Part shown: positions 10,370-23,254 of the stretch, piece by piece
How positions within the stretch are numbered: the stretch's first letter is position 1
How the letters are laid out: each line of letters begins with the position of its first letter
Source of the DNA: Scyliorhinus canicula
Taxonomy: Eukaryota
Assembly (NCBI RefSeq): GCF_902713615.1
Contig: NW_024055497.1
Coordinates: 1,396,420-1,460,419, forward strand
Direction: 5' to 3'
DNA: 64,000 bases
Notes under the pieces: generated by a model
What the model saw: only the letters and a program-made list of their open reading frames with translations
Databases searched by the model: none
What the model was told of the DNA's origin: nothing
Position numbers and translations under genes: made by a program

Positions 10370-10729
10370 GATATGAATCCCTTCCACGGGGAATCCCTTC
10401 CCACAGTCCCCACATTTCCACGGTTTGTCCATGGCGCCGGGGGATATGAATCCCTTCCCACAGTCCCCACATTTCCACGGTTTGTCCATGGCGCCGGGGG
10501 GATATGAATCCCTTCCCACAGTCCCCACATTTCCACGGTTTGTCCATGGCGCCGGGGGGATATGAATCCCTTCCCACAGTCCCCACATTTCCACGGTTTG
10601 TCCATGGCGCCGGAGGGATATGAATCCCTTCCCACAGTCCCCACATTTCCACGGTTTGTCCATGGCACCGGGGGGATATGAATCCCTTCCCACAGTCCCC
10701 ACATTTCCACGGTTTGTCCATGGCGCCGG
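10370..10729. repeat. 58-bp tandem repeat (about 6 copies) of a half zinc finger
   Basis: Units start at 10443, 10501, 10559, 10617 and 10675, with partial copies before. The minus strand encodes AMDKPWKCGDCGKGFISP. Confidence 0.95.
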
Positions 10730-11079
10730 TGTCTTTGTGCCTCTCCAGGTTGGACAAACAGTTGGAACCTCGTCCACACAGTACACGTCTACAGATTCTC
10801 CTCGCTGTGAATGGTGTGATTGATTTTCAGGCTGTGTAACTGGTTAAAGCTCTTTCCACAGTGAGTTCACTGGAACACTCTCACTAGGGTGTGAATGTGT
10901 CTCTGTGCTTTCCCACAGACAGAACAGACAAACATCTCTCCTTCCACATTCAAATTCAAGTCCAGATGAACTGAGTTATTCTGTTACTTTTCAGTCTGAA
11001 AATCCTCTTCTGAGCCCCAGTAAAACACCTGCAGTCACTCGTGATCTACCTGGTGTCCCAGAAGATGAGATGAGTGAGT

Positions 11080-11262
11080 GTATTCCTTCCGACACTCGGA
11101 GCAGGTCAATGGCTTCATTCCAATGTGAATGTGTTGGTGTTTCTGCAGATCATTGCTGCTTTAAAGCTCTTCCCACATTTGAAACATTTAAAAGTTCTCA
11201 CATCAGCGTGAACTTGCTGGCGTCACTGCAGGTTGGATGATAAAGAAAATCCCATCCCACAT
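11080..11262 (-). pseudogene. Degenerate C2H2 finger remnant
   Basis: CGMGFSLSSNLQ*RQQVHADVRTFKCFKCGKSF, followed by a frameshifted further finger. Confidence 0.65.
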
Positions 11263-11264
11263 AT

Positions 11265-11450
11265 GAAATGAAAATGAAAAAAATGAAAATTGCTTATTGT
11301 CACGAGTAGGCTTCAATGAAGTTACTGTGAAAAGCCCCTAGTTGCCACATTCCGGCGCCTGTTTGGGGAGGCTGTTACGAGAATATAACTGTGCTGCTGG
11401 CCTGCTTTCAAAGCCAGCGATTTAGCCCTGTGCTAAACTGCTGTGATGCA
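11265..11450 (-). mobile_element. SINE family C with (TTTCA)n tail
   Basis: Reverse complement of ...GTGACAATAAGCGATTTTCATTTCATTT; same as 30045-30160 and 30760-30945. Confidence 0.75.
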
Positions 11451-11859
11451 GGTTGAGTGTGAGTGCATCAATGAATTTCAACACAATGTGTAATTAAATT
11501 CTTTGCCACAGTCCCTACATTGGAACACTCACTCCTGTCTATGTGTCCTGGTGCTGTTCCTGTCACACCGATGTTTGAAATCTTTCCCACAGACAGAACA
11601 GAGAAACATTTCTCCTTCCACATTCAAAAGCCAATGATATTCAGGTCCTGATGAATTGAGTAACTGTCAGATCTTGATGTCATGTTTGATTTGAGTTTCC
11701 TTTCTGTCAATCCACTCCTTGTAATCCTATAAAACCAATTTGCAGAGTTTAGTGCAGGACAGAAACTTAGGACAGATAATTATAGTTCCTGGGGCATAAT
11801 TATTGCTCTCTTGTTTCCCAAAGCTGCAAATCCCAGTCCCCCACACTCTCCCCTTCCCA

Positions 11860-12005
11860 CAAACTCACCACAATGATTTCACCATCACCAATTCTGAGAT
11901 GAAATTGAAATTCCTGATTATGAATTGAATTTACACTCCACCAATTGCCATGATGGGATTTAAACCCTTGTCCCCAGAACACTAGCCTGTGTCTGTGGTT
12001 TGCTG
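11860..12005 (-). mobile_element. DeuSINE (SacSINE1-like) 5' fragment
   Basis: Reverse complement GGCTAGTGTTCTGGGGACAAGGGTTTAAATCCC...GGTGATGGTGAAATCATTG resembles the head region that precedes the Deu domain. Confidence 0.6.
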
Positions 12006-12199
12006 GTGTTGTGAACCCCCATGGAGAGTGGTACTGACCTGGAACTCAATGCTTACACTCAAAGATCCATAATATCCAGGTTCAGATTAATCAAGGGGCT
12101 CTCTTAGGTCTTAATGTCTTGTTTGATTTCACTTTGCTGTGTTTAAATCCTCCCCTTGTAACCCTCTGTAAAAGGAGTTTCCAGAATCCATCACTGTCA

Positions 12200-12610
12200 G
12201 TCCTGCTGAGTGGACAGGGATCACCGCGCATGCTCCCTGCTGCACACTGGCCCCTATGAGGATGGTGGTGGTTAACTGGGGAAAGGCTCTGCAGGAAAAC
12301 CTTCCCGCTCGGTGCAAACACGGGATCGGTAATTTCTTGTTTTAATTTTGAGGCCTCCCCTCCCACCCACTGCCCCTAACGCTGCCTCCGCTTATCCGCC
12401 TCCTTCCCGCCTGAAGATGAGACAAACAAGCGTCTGTCCCTGGACATGAGCCGCACTGCGCATGCCCCACATCACAATGCCCGGGGAGTGATTGACGGCA
12501 GCTCCGGACCAATAAGAGGGGGTGTGACTGGAGGACCGAGCAGGAACGGCTGGACCTCCAACCAATCGGAGCTAATGAGGGGCGGGGCTGATCCCGGATC
12601 TCCTTCATTT
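12200..12610. promoter_or_regulatory. ZF promoter cassette P1
   Basis: CpG-rich; NRF1-like TGCGCATGC at 12457 and CGCGCATGC at 12225; CCAAT boxes; GC box GGGGCGGGGC. Confidence 0.65.
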
Positions 12611-12724
12611 GCTGAGACTTTGGATTTTGTGAATGAAGTTTGAGCTTCACAAAGACTGAACCTTCTTCCTGTGTCAAACCTCTGAGGAAAACACTTTCTT
12701 TTCACCTCAATGGACTTTTAAAAA

Positions 12725-13010
12725 TCCCATTGACCCTTCTACAGACTCAATTCAATTCCAGCCTTGGGTGATTGTGTGGAGTTTGCACATTCTCCCCGTG
12801 TCTGTGTGGGTTCCCTCCCTGTGCTCCAGTTTTCTCCCACCATCCAAAGATGTGCAGGTTTGGTGGATATGTTATGCTAAATTGCCCCTTGGTGATCAAA
12901 GGTGAAGTGAGATAACGGGGAGAGGGCAGGGGGAGTGTGCCAGCGGTGGGGGGGGCCTGCTCATTTGTAAACTCGATGGACCGAATGGGCTCCTTCTGCA
13001 TTGAAGGGAT
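12725..13010 (+). mobile_element. HE1-like SINE (5'-degenerate)
   Basis: Family body and tail GGCTCCTTCTGCATTGAAGGGATTCTATG. Confidence 0.8.
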
Positions 13011-13499
13011 TCTATGATGCTGCCAGACATGTTATGTTCATTCAGCATTTTCTGTTTTTACTCTATATCACACACATTTTTGATCCACTAATTAGATTTA
13101 TTGAACCACTATACCATCAGCTACTGGGAGCAGTGTATTGGTGTTGCAGCTTTTCTATAGAACTTTCTCTCAAATCTGATCTAATGGGAGGCAGAGGCAG
13201 CTGATTGGATTGACTCAATCTCAGTCACAAAGAAGCTCCACAAGCTCCTCACACTTCTTGTTGGAGGTGAGGTTGGAAGAGACACGGGGAAGCGAGAGTA
13301 CGTCAAAAGGAACTAACTTGTGTAAGAGATATTAAAAAGTTTCAACACTCTGCGTATTTAACACAAATCTAATTTATTTGACTGTAAGGCAAAATATTAG
13401 CCCCTGTAATTGGGCTGGAGTTTGCAATCAGCAGAAAGAGACCCAAATTAATATGTTTCAGTCCTGAATGTGAGTAACAGCAAAATCCAATCACTGTAG

Positions 13500-14453
13500 T
13501 TACTTGTGGCCTCGTTGGTGTCTCAGCAGGGAGGATGACTGAGTGAATCCCTTCCCACACTTGGAGCAGGTGAATGGCCTCTCCCCGGTGTGAATTCGCT
13601 GATGGACAGTGAGGTTAGATGATTGTCTGAACCCAGTCCCGCAGTTAGAGCACCTGTACGGTCTCTCGTCAGTGTGAACACGTTGATGGCTCATCAGTTC
13701 CCCAGAACTTTTCCAGCACTTCCCGCAGTCTGGACATTGGAACGGTCTCTCATCAGTGTGAACTCGCTGGTGACTCAGCAGCTGGTCAAAAATAGTTAAT
13801 CCCTTCCCACGCTGTGAGCAGGTGAATGGTCTCTCCCCAGTATGAACTCGCTCATGTCTCAGCAGGTGGGATGACCGAGTGAATCCCTTCCCACACTTGG
13901 AGCAGATGAATGGTCTCTCCCCAGTATGAACTCGCTGGTGTGCGGACAGAGTGGATGACTCAGTGAATCCCTTCCCACACTTGGAGCAGGTGAATGGTCT
14001 CTCCCCTGTGTGAACTCGCTGGTGATTCTGCAGGGCCGATGACTGAAGGAATCGCTTCCCACACTTGGAGCAGGTGAATGGTCTCTCCCCAGTGTGAACT
14101 CGCTCGTGTCTTCGTAGGACCGATGACTGAGTGAATCCCTTCCCACACTTGGAGCAGGTGAATGGTCTCTCCCCAGTGTGAACTCGCTCGTGTCTTCGTA
14201 GGGCCGATGACTGAGTGAATCCCTTCCCACACTTGGAGCAGGTGAATGGTCTCTCCCCAGTGTGACTGTGTTGATGAGTTTCCAGCTGGGATGGGGAAGT
14301 GAATCCTTTCCCACAGTCCGCACATTTCCACGGTTTCTCCTCGGTGTGACTGCATTTGTGGCTTGTGAGGCCTGATGGTCGAGTGAATCCTCGTCCACAC
14401 ACACAACACGTGTACGCTTTCTCCCCACTGTGAATGAGGCTCTTTGCTTCCAT
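13500..14453 (-). CDS. C2H2 poly-zinc-finger protein ZF-C (317 aa, 11 finger units, finger 8 degenerate C>R)
   Basis: Open frame from AACATGG ([12 protein letters not shown]) to HK*. TGERPF linkers. Acceptor CAG|G at 14548/14547; no effector domain seen. Confidence 0.85.
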   Translation of the reverse strand: MEAKSLIHSGEKAYTCCVCGRGFTRPSGLTSHKCSHTEEKPWKCADCGKGFTSPSQLETHQHSHTGERPFTCSKCGKGFTQSSALRRHERVHTGERPFTCSKCGKGFTQSSVLRRHERVHTGERPFTCSKCGKRFLQSSALQNHQRVHTGERPFTCSKCGKGFTESSTLSAHQRVHTGERPFICSKCGKGFTRSSHLLRHERVHTGERPFTCSQRGKGLTIFDQLLSHQRVHTDERPFQCPDCGKCWKSSGELMSHQRVHTDERPYRCSNCGTGFRQSSNLTVHQRIHTGERPFTCSKCGKGFTQSSSLLRHQRGHK

Positions 14454-14827
14454 GTTCAAAATCCTATGATGTTCAGGATATGATAAATTGAGGATGTGAT
14501 GTTTTGGTTTGAGATTCCAGACCTTTGAATCCTCCCCTTCGAACACCCTGTGAAACTGATCGAGAACAGAAAATAGGGAGTGAGAGAGAACCCACAAAAA
14601 CACAAAGGCCGGTTGTGAAATTGAGCTGAATGAATCTGGTAATTTGTGGGGCCGGCACTGGGAAAAAGTGACCATGAAAACTGCTGGATTGTCAGAAAAA
14701 CCCAACCGGCCTCTTTGGGAGGAGAGCGAAAGAGGTGAAGAGGGATTTTGTATATCTACAAGACAAACTAAGAGAGTAGTTGGCAAAGCAAATTCGATTT
14801 TGGGCTTCATAAACAGTAATATTGACA

Positions 14828-15185
14828 CCAAAGCTGTGCTTCCGGTGGCAATGATTAGCACTGCTGCCTCACAGCGTCAGGGACCCGGGTTCAATTCCAG
14901 CCTTGGTGACTGTCTGGAGTTTGCACTTTCTCCCCGTGTCTGCGTGGGTTTACATCCGGTGCTCAGGTCTGTCCCACAATCTAAAGAGCAAATTAGGTGG
15001 ATTGGCCTTGATAAATTGTCCCTTAGTGTCCAGGGATGTGCAGGTTAGGTGGGGCTATGGGGTTACAGGGACAGGGTAGGGGTGTGGGCCGAGGCAGGGT
15101 GCCCTTTCAGAGAATCAGTGCAGACTCGATGGGCCGAATGGGCCCCTTCTGCACTGTAGGAATTCTGCGGTTCTAATTCTATTTT
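14828..15185 (+). mobile_element. HE1-like SINE
   Basis: Head and tail match the family; paralogous copy at 49125-49470. Confidence 0.85.
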
Positions 15186-15900
15186 ATGAATCTTTATAAA
15201 GCTCTGGTCACCACTCTTCAGGAAGGATGTGAAGGTTCTTGGAGAAGGTGCAGAGGAGATTTACCAGAATGGTTCCAGCAAAGGAGGTTGAGGGGCGATT
15301 TGATTCAGGTCTACAACATTATGCCAGATTTCCATCGGGTGGACAAAGAAACTCTGTTTCCATTCACTGATCGTACAAGCAGTCGGGACACAGATTTAAA
15401 GTTTTGGGTAAAACCTGGATTGAACGATATAAGATCCTCAGGGGTCTTGGCAGGGTGGATGTGGAGAGGATGTTTCCTCTTGTGGGACAATCGAGAACGA
15501 GGGGTCACTGTTGCAAAATAAGGGGTCAACCATTTCAGATGGAGATGAGGATTATTTATTCTCTTGAGGGCTGTCAGACTTTGAATGCTGAGCAGGCTCG
15601 AAGGGCCTAGTGTCCTGTTCCTTGTTTGTATGTAAAAGCTACAGGAGATATGACGGGATAAGAGATATGTTTTCACACAGCGAGCGGCAATGACCTGAAA
15701 CTTGCTGCCCTATGAGGGAGTTTGAAAATAAATACAATGAATGATTTGATTTCAAAAGGAAATTGGATAGACATCTGAGGGAAATAAACCTGCGAGGATA
15801 CAGGGATGGAGCAGGAGAATGGGACTGACTGGATTGCCCCAGAGAGCTAGCATGGATTCAATGGGCCGAATGCCATTCTCTGTGCCATCATGTCTCTGAC
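15186..15900 (+). mobile_element. Degenerate CR1 3' fragments
   Basis: LYKALV / LRGDLIQVY motifs; paralogous to 49468-49860. Confidence 0.7.
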
Positions 15901-16519
15901 TCGTTTGTGTAATCTAGTTTTGTTACTTTAACCCCGGGGGGGGGGGGGGTTCAGATATCACTCAGGATAATCTGTGCTACATTCCCTCCGAGGCCATTCT
16001 ATCCTTCCTCAGGTTTATTGCCCAGAACTGAACACAGTTCTCCAGGTTTGGTCTAACCAGGGTTTGTGAATCTCGGGGCTTTTCCAGTCACACTGAGACC
16101 TGAAATCTTCCCTCACAGACAGAACAGAGAAACCTTTTACCTTCCACACCCAGATGCTGCTGAAATTCAGGTTCTGATGAATCGAGTGACTCTGTCAGAT
16201 GTGACGTTTGGTTTGCGTTTCCCGTCTGTTAAACCTCCACTTCCAGTATCCTGTAAATTTACAGAAACCTCACTGTCAGTTTAGGATAGAAATTCACAAC
16301 ATTCTCTCCTCGCCAACTTTGATTAAATGTATTCCTGGAGGTTTGATCACATGACCTGCCCCCATCCTCCAGCCATTAATCGGTCAACACATCCATCCTT
16401 GTGACACACTGCCTTCCTCGGCCAATTGGGAAGCAAAAGGACTCAAGAAATCTTTTTTACTGTCCTAATGATTTTCCAGAGACAAAATATTTTTATCTGT
16501 CCTAATGATTTCCCAGGTA

Positions 16520-16960
16520 TGAATCTCATTTAGAAGGTTAAATTTGAATTCATTGAAAGTTTACTGATGACCATGAAACCATTGTCAATTGTTGCAAAGC
16601 CCCACCTGGTTCACTCCTGTCCTTCAGTGAAGGAAATCTTCTATCCTTACCTGGTCTGGCCTACATGTGCCTCCAGATCCAGTCAGCAGGTTGACTCTTA
16701 AAATGCTCTCTGAGATACACTCAGTTCAGGGGCAATTACGGCTGGGCAGTGAATGCTGGCCCAGCCAGCGACACCCACATCCCGTGAATGAATAGAAAAG
16801 AAAATCTGCCGTCCTTACCTGGTCTGGCCGACATGATTCCAAACCACAGCAATGTGGTTGACTCATTAAATGCCCTCCGAGATGGCCGAGCCAGCCACTC
16901 GGTTTGAGGGAAATTAGGGATGGGCAATAAATGTTGGCCCAGCTACTGACTCCGACAAAT
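16520..16960 (+). mobile_element. DeuSINE (SacSINE1-like), two partial copies
   Basis: Deu-domain-like GAAATCTGCCGTCCTTACCTGGTCTGGCC...CACAGCAATGTGGTTGACTC plus tail GGGATGGGCAATAAATG. Confidence 0.75.
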
Positions 16961-16989
16961 GATTAAAACATCCCTGGAGACTCCAGTCA

Positions 16990-17300
16990 GTCAATCCGGG
17001 AGAGTTGGTATCCGGTCCAGGCTCGCAGCGCATTCGCCCTGCGGCACCTTGTCCTCTGTAAAGATGGTGGCTGGTAACCTGGGCCTGTCACCGCTCAACT
17101 CTCATTCTATTCGGTGCTGTTTAAGACGGGACCGTTAACATTTTACTCAGGAGTTGAAGCCTCCACGGAGTATTTATGAAGCCTCCTGGCTCACTCCGCA
17201 GCTTCTATTGCTCCTCGCACCGTCAGCGACAACTGCACTGCGCATGCGCTAGTCACAGCCTGAAAGCATATGCTCCAGTCACAGCCGGACTTTGCGTATG
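16990..17300. promoter_or_regulatory. ZF promoter cassette P4
   Basis: TGCGCATGCGC at 17239; YY1-like AAGATGGTGG at 17061. Confidence 0.55.
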
Positions 17301-18076
17301 TGTGCGGAGCTTCTGTCATGTGGATTGAGCATATTCTCAGCTGCAACGCATGTTGGGTAATAAACCCGTCATTGAAATGAGTATTTTTGATATAAATTAT
17401 GTTTGCCATCTGATTACGGTGAGTAACATTGGGCCAAGGGAACAAATGTATGAAATCAATTAATACAGCACCTAAATAGTACGGGCCCTCCACCACAGTT
17501 CTCTCCTGTGTGTGATTGACAACAGTGACTACAGTGAGATGTGAATTCATTGGGTGTCTCAACAGGTTAGGGTGAACAAATGATTTTTGTCCCCATAGAC
17601 CGAACTGTTAAACTGCCCCTCAGCAATAACAATATGATGAAATTGGATCAAATAGTTTGAGCTTTTAAAGTTGGAGTGTTAACCGGTGGAAACTGAGAAA
17701 ATCCCTTTGCACATGTGAAGTGTGTGAGTGATCTCCCTCTGAACTGTTCCTGAACTGCACATTAGATTAATTAATGACTAACTTATATTTATTCTTATCC
17801 AGTGGAATCATCTTCCACTTGTCGATCATGTCAAAACTTTTCATAATCTTACAGGATCAGGCCATCCTTCATTCCCTTTTCCAGAGAAAAGGTTTACACC
17901 CCATCCAATCTTTCTGGCCGGGTATAACCTGCCAGTTCAGACATAATTTAAATATATTTGTCGGCATCTTCTCCAGTCCTTCTAGATCCATTTTAGGATG
18001 TGGAGACTTTACCTAATCTGAGCAGCAAACTCAAAGTTGCCCCCAAATGCCTGTATGTTGCAGTATGTTGCTACAA

Positions 18077-18420
18077 GGCAGCATGGTAGCATTGTGGATA
18101 GCACAATCGCTTCACAGCTCCAGGGTCCCAGGTTCAATTCCAGCTTGGGTCACTGTCTGTGCGGAGTCTGCACGTCCTCCCCGTGTGTGCGTGGGTTTCC
18201 TCCGAGTGCTCCGGTTTCCTCCCACAGTCCAAAGATGTGCAGGTTAGGTGGATTTGCCATGATCAATTGCCCATAGTGTCCAAAATTGCCCTTAGTGTTG
18301 GGTGGGGTTACTGGGTTATGGGGATAAGGTGGAGGTGTTAACCATGGGTAGGGTGCTCCTTCCAGGAGCTGGTGTAGACTCGATGGGCCGAATGGCCTCC
18401 TTCTGCATTGTAAATTCTAT
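18077..18420 (+). mobile_element. Full-length HE1-like SINE
   Basis: GGCAGCATGGTAGC head to CTGCATTGTAAATTCTAT tail. Confidence 0.92.
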
Positions 18421-19229
18421 TACAATCATTTTACCATTAGCTGAATATGAGATGAGACAGAAGAAGCAGATCCAACGAGTCTGTAACACTGTAGAGGATC
18501 TACAAACTTGCTTCTTTCCCTTACTGCTAAACAGTTGACTTTTTCACTCTTAACCTGTCAGTTATGGCATTAAGAATAATGTGTCAGAGAAAGACTGGAT
18601 TTCAGCTCGGTGACACTGGGCCAGACTAAATTAGTTCACAGGATTGTTGAGCTAATGTATCCATATCATAAAATGGATCTGGAAGGACTGGGGAAGATAC
18701 GGGAAAGTATATCAGAATGATGCCTGAACGGGCAGGTTACAGCCAGCAAGAAATGCAGTGACTCGAGGAGCCATCTGGTCTCCCTCCGGCTCCCATTTCT
18801 TATGTTCTTATGAACATCACTGTAAATCATTTCCATGCTGTTGCCATTTATACCTCCCCTGGACCTGTCCTTTATTTCTTCTCTTGTCCTATTAGTTTAT
18901 TTACTTATCTCATTGTCACCCAGATTTATCTTGCACCATTATCCCCTTTGTCATTTAATCACTTCAGCCTTACAACCTCACAAACTGGACCCCTCTGCAA
19001 GCCACTCAGTTCTAGGGTAACTAGGGATGGGCAACAAATGACAGCCACATCCCAAGAACAAATAAAGAAAATTTGGCAGTAAGGAAGGCAAATGCAATGT
19101 TCGTATTCATTTCAAGAGCTACAATACAAGATGAATGGGGATGAGAAATGGCCATGATCGAATGGCAGACCAAACTCGATGGGCTGAATGGCCTAATTCT
19201 GCTTCTCTATCATTTTTTTAATGAGGGAA

Positions 19230-19345
19230 TCTCACAGAAACACTTGTAAAACAATTGTTGGAATCCATCCCAGACCTGGATACAGATCAATTGATTCTTG
19301 GAGGAGATTTCAATTGTGTTCTGGACCCTAAATGGACTGGTCCAA
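19230..19345 (+). mobile_element. L1-clade endonuclease fragment
   Basis: LESIPDLDTDQLILGGDFNCVLDP. Confidence 0.75.
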
Positions 19346-20219
19346 GCTGATTCAACCACAACAAAAACATGAAAAAGGAATGAAACCAGACGGACCACCC
19401 GGCATCGACCCAGGCACCAGAAACCACAACGGCAAACCCAGCAAAAGATTTTTAAAAACTGTTCCCATCAGTAGATTGTAAAAGTATTACGGGACACATA
19501 TTTAAGATTGTGAACAAGATCTACAGGGGAGATAGGAGGTAATCATTTTATACAGATTTAGATCTGAAACTCAATGCTTACACACAAAGGTCGATAATCT
19601 CCAGGTCCTGATAACCCGAATGGTGCTGTTAGAATTTGATGTGAGGATTGGTTGTGAGTTTCCTGTCTGCGAATCCCTTTCTAAGCCCCTGTGAAAGACG
19701 TTTACAAAGGCATCACTGTCAGTCCAGAAATAATATTCAGGAAAGATAAATATTTCTCCTGGTTTGAATTCGCTGTGTGTAAATCCTCCCCTTCTAATCC
19801 CCTGTAAAAGGAGATTCCAAAGTTAATCATCGTCAATCCAGGATAGAAATTCACAACATTCTCCCCTCCTGCTTATGGGTCCAGGCTGACCGCTCATGCC
19901 CCCAGCTGCACACTGACCCTCGTCATCAGCAGTCCCTCGATTTGAGGGTGACGTCTCCTCAGGGCTGAGAGTTTCCGCCCTGGACTTCATGTGGCTGAAC
20001 AGAGCCGCAGAGCTTTGGACACATGGGACAGGATGTCCAATGAGACAGTGAAATCCGGAGAGCTGGATTGGCTTCCTTTTCTTTCCATCTCTGTCACCGC
20101 TTTGCATCATCAATAAGAGATTGGGACTCAAAGACTAATCCAGTTTGATGGACAAGTTGTCTCCATTCTGAACAATGGGGAACAAGCTCCTCCCACTCAT
20201 TGAAACATCTGATTGAAAC

Positions 20220-20620
20220 AGATGACAACTGCGCATGCGCCCTGATACACATCCAATAAAGATGGCGGCCGTTAACTCGAGCCTAAATGAGGAGCTGCAG
20301 CTCCGCTCGGTACAAAGGGGTCCCGGAAACTCTTTTCCGAGGATTGCGGCTTACAACAGCTTTTCACAACGTTTCTGCCCACTCCCGCAATCTCTCGCTC
20401 CCTCCATACTGTTAAACGCCTGTTACCAATTTCTGATCTGAAGACACAGTACTTCTTCTTTGCCATTACTCACTGCGCATGCTTCAATCACAGCGGGCCC
20501 CGCCCCTCATTCACTCCAACTGGTTGGAGGACCAACCGCTCCCGGTCGGACCTCCAGTCCCGCCCCTCCACCTATTGGTCCGGAGCTGCCGTCAATCACC
20601 CGGGCATTGTGACGGTGACA
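20220..20620. promoter_or_regulatory. ZF promoter cassette P2
   Basis: TGCGCATGC at 20474 and 20230; AAGATGGCGG at 20259; GC and CCAAT core that is the reverse complement of the P1 core. Confidence 0.7.
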
Positions 20621-20827
20621 GATGGTGAGAGCGGCCACAGGCTCAGGCTGACTCGCTGATTGTCCAATAATAACAGTGAGAGTCTCAGTGGGACAATCAG
20701 ACAATAATAGTGGAGATGGGGCCCAGAGGAGAAACAGCAAAGGATTCACTGACTTTGAGAGTAACAAACACAGTGTCTGTTCCAATAAGAATCAGGCTGA
20801 AGTGTGAGTGAACACATCTTTGGATCC

Positions 20828-21125
20828 AGTGTAGAATCACAGAATCCCTACAGTGCTGAAGGAGGCCATTTGGCCCATCGAGTCAGCACCGACCCTCTGA
20901 AAGATCACCCTACCGTGGCCAATACCCCACCCTAACCCCGTAACCCCACCCAGGGACAATTTAGCACAGGCAATCTACCTAACCTGCACATCTTTGGACT
21001 GTGGGAGGAAATCTCCGCAGCTACGGGAAGAATATGTAAACTCCACACAGACAGTGACCCAACGTCGGAATTGAACCCAGGTACCTGGAGCTTGAGGCAA
21101 CAGTGCTAACTACCGAGCCACCCCC
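20828..21125 (-). mobile_element. HE1-like SINE
   Basis: Reverse-complement match to the family. Confidence 0.85.
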
Positions 21126-21383
21126 GTAACTCTGTCATGATTAGACAATAACCTGCCTGTTATTCCAATTCTGGTGTACGTTACTCTGTCACTATTATTA
21201 TTAGACAACAACCTATCTGATATTCCAATTCTGGTGTGTGTTACTCTGTCACTGTTATCATTAGACACTAATAGGAGGGCAAAATAAATGCAAGGTAGCA
21301 ATGATATTTTGAAGTTTCTGTGTTCCAATGAGTGTGACTGGGAGGTGTGCGATAAAATAGGAATGGAGACATCATGAGAAAGG

Positions 21384-22445
21384 ATGGCACGGCGGCAGTG
21401 GTTAGCATTGCTGCCTCACGGTGCTGAGGACCCAGGTTCGATCTCGGCCCCGGGTCACTGCCGTGTGGAGTTTGCACATTCTCCGGTGTCTCCGTGGGTC
21501 TCACCCCCACAACCCAAAGATGTGCAGGTAGGTGGATTGGCCACTCTTGAGCTCCACCAAAAAAATAGAACAAAGGAAATAAACTTAGGGACAAAGCAAA
21601 AAGGGCCGCTCCAGTTAATGTCACTGCCCGAACATAACAAAGATCAGCTGGAACTTAAAAACATCTAATGGGAGTGTATTTAAAGGGGTCAATAAAGCAC
21701 CCCAACCCCTGCGGTGCCCACTGGGCATGGAAGGCTTTGATGGTGCCCATGGACACTGCATGCTCCCTTTCTAGGGACACCCAGCTGCGAATGTAGCCAC
21801 GGAAAAGGGGCAAACAATCTGGTCGGATGACTCTCTCGGTCGCCCACTGCCTGGAGCAATAAATGACGCACTTCGCCAGGCCTAGAGCAGGTTCACAAGG
21901 ACGTAAGTGGCACAGGTTCGCGAGGTCTTCGGCCCAAGTAGGACTCAGCAAAAACACAGTCTGTGCTCCCACCCTGGAATGACCACCCAATGGAATCCAG
22001 CTCCTCCCTGCTGGTGTGCGGAGTCTTCAGTCTGGGAGGGGGCTCAGCAAACACACTGTCCACTTGATCCCCCTGCCCCGGAACAAGCACACTGGATAGA
22101 ATAAGGAAGGTTTTGTCCTTGCTGAAGGCAGATGTTATCAGTTGGGAAGACTGCAAACAAGCAGTCCAAAGGGCTTTACTCCCACCTTGTTTTTGTCCTT
22201 CTCTCCCCTCTCCATCCTTCTCTCACGTCTCCTTCCTCCAGGCAGTTCAGCAGCAACCAGCACTGGAAACAGGCAGTAAACTGAGCAACAGCAGCAGCAA
22301 CAGAGAGAGAGAGAGAGCAGCAACAGCAGCAGTCACTCTCCACCACAGCAACACCAAAGTCTGCACTGGGAGTGCCAGCTTCGGATTGGCCATGCTAAAT
22401 TGCCCCTTAATTGTAAACAAATAATTGGGTACTCTAAATTTATAA
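21384..22445 (+). mobile_element. HE1-like SINE split by a Tx1 insertion
   Basis: Head at 21384-21543, tail at 22383-22445; GGATTGGCCA duplicated at 21534 and 22383. Confidence 0.8.
21544..22382 (-). mobile_element. Tx1-clade LINE derivative (ORF2 C-terminus joined to UTR-like sequence)
   Basis: GLAKCVIYCSRQWATERVIRPDCLPLFRGYIRSWVSLEREHAVS resembles Tx1 ORF2 C-termini; 10-bp target-site duplication. Confidence 0.7.
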
Positions 22446-22764
22446 TTAATAATAATAATATTCTTCACCTCTGTCCCAGTTTTGGTGTTTTCAAGATTAC
22501 AATCTGCTGCAACTTTTGGCTGGAAAGATATCAGAAGCTTTGGAAGCACCTGTAAAAGGACATTACAATGGTCAGAAATGTTAGCCAAGGTTAGAAATTA
22601 AGATCAGACAAACATTTATCTTGGTTTGAGTTTGCTGGGTGTAAATCCTCCCCTTCTAACCCCTGGTAAAAGGAGTTTCCAAAATCCATCACTCTTCGAG
22701 TAGAGGATAGAAGTTCCAAACATTCTCTTCCCTTGTTGCCAGTCCCAGGATAACTTTTTAAGTA

Positions 22765-22945
22765 CCCAATTCATTTTTTACAATTAAGCGGCAATTTAGT
22801 TTGGCCAATCTACCTACCCTGCACATCTTTGGCTTGTGGGGGTGAAACCCACGCAAACACGGGGAGAATGTGCAAACTCCACAGTGACCCAGAGCCGGGA
22901 TCGAACCTGGTACCTCGGTGCGTGAGATAGCAGTGCTAATGTCCC
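22765..22945 (-). mobile_element. Short HE1-like SINE
   Basis: Family match with the A-rich TTGGGTAC tail. Confidence 0.85.
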
Positions 22946-23254
22946 AGAATTAATTATTAATACGGGTTTTACTTGCTTTGGAGGCAGTTCAGTGAAGTTT
23001 CACTAGTCTGATTCCTGGGATGGGAGTGTTTGTTTTATGGAGGAAGATTGAGCCTGTTTAGTCTGTACCCGATGCAGTTCAGAAGAATGAGAGGTGATCT
23101 TCTTGAAACATCTAAGATTCTGAGGGATTTTGATGAAAGAATATTTTCCCACATGGGGATTCAAGAACTAAGGGGGACAGTTTAAAGATAAGAGTTCTCC
23201 AATTTGACACTGAGATAAGGAGAAATGTCTTCCCTCAGAGGGTCATCAGTCTGT

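Larger units (their letters stand above)
9704..11726 (-). pseudogene. C2H2 poly-zinc-finger pseudogene (ZF-B)
   Basis: HTGERPFTC linkers with frameshifts and stops. Family splice acceptor TTTTATAG|G at 11727/11726. Interrupted by the 58-bp array, a finger remnant and a SINE. Confidence 0.85.

Noticed and set aside
10370-10729. CRISPR-like appearance of this and other tandem arrays (42440, 63800)
   Set aside because: They are head-to-tail repeats without unique spacers, there are no cas genes, and the DNA is vertebrate.
13859-14428. Alternative-frame ORFs (MGRDSLSH..., MWEGIHSV...) over the ZF genes
   Set aside because: They are shadow frames of 84-bp finger repeats.
19823-20131. ORF similar to 53386-53715 as a coding N-terminal ZF domain
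   Set aside because: The similarity reflects the duplication; indels break the shared frame and no domain motif is evident.
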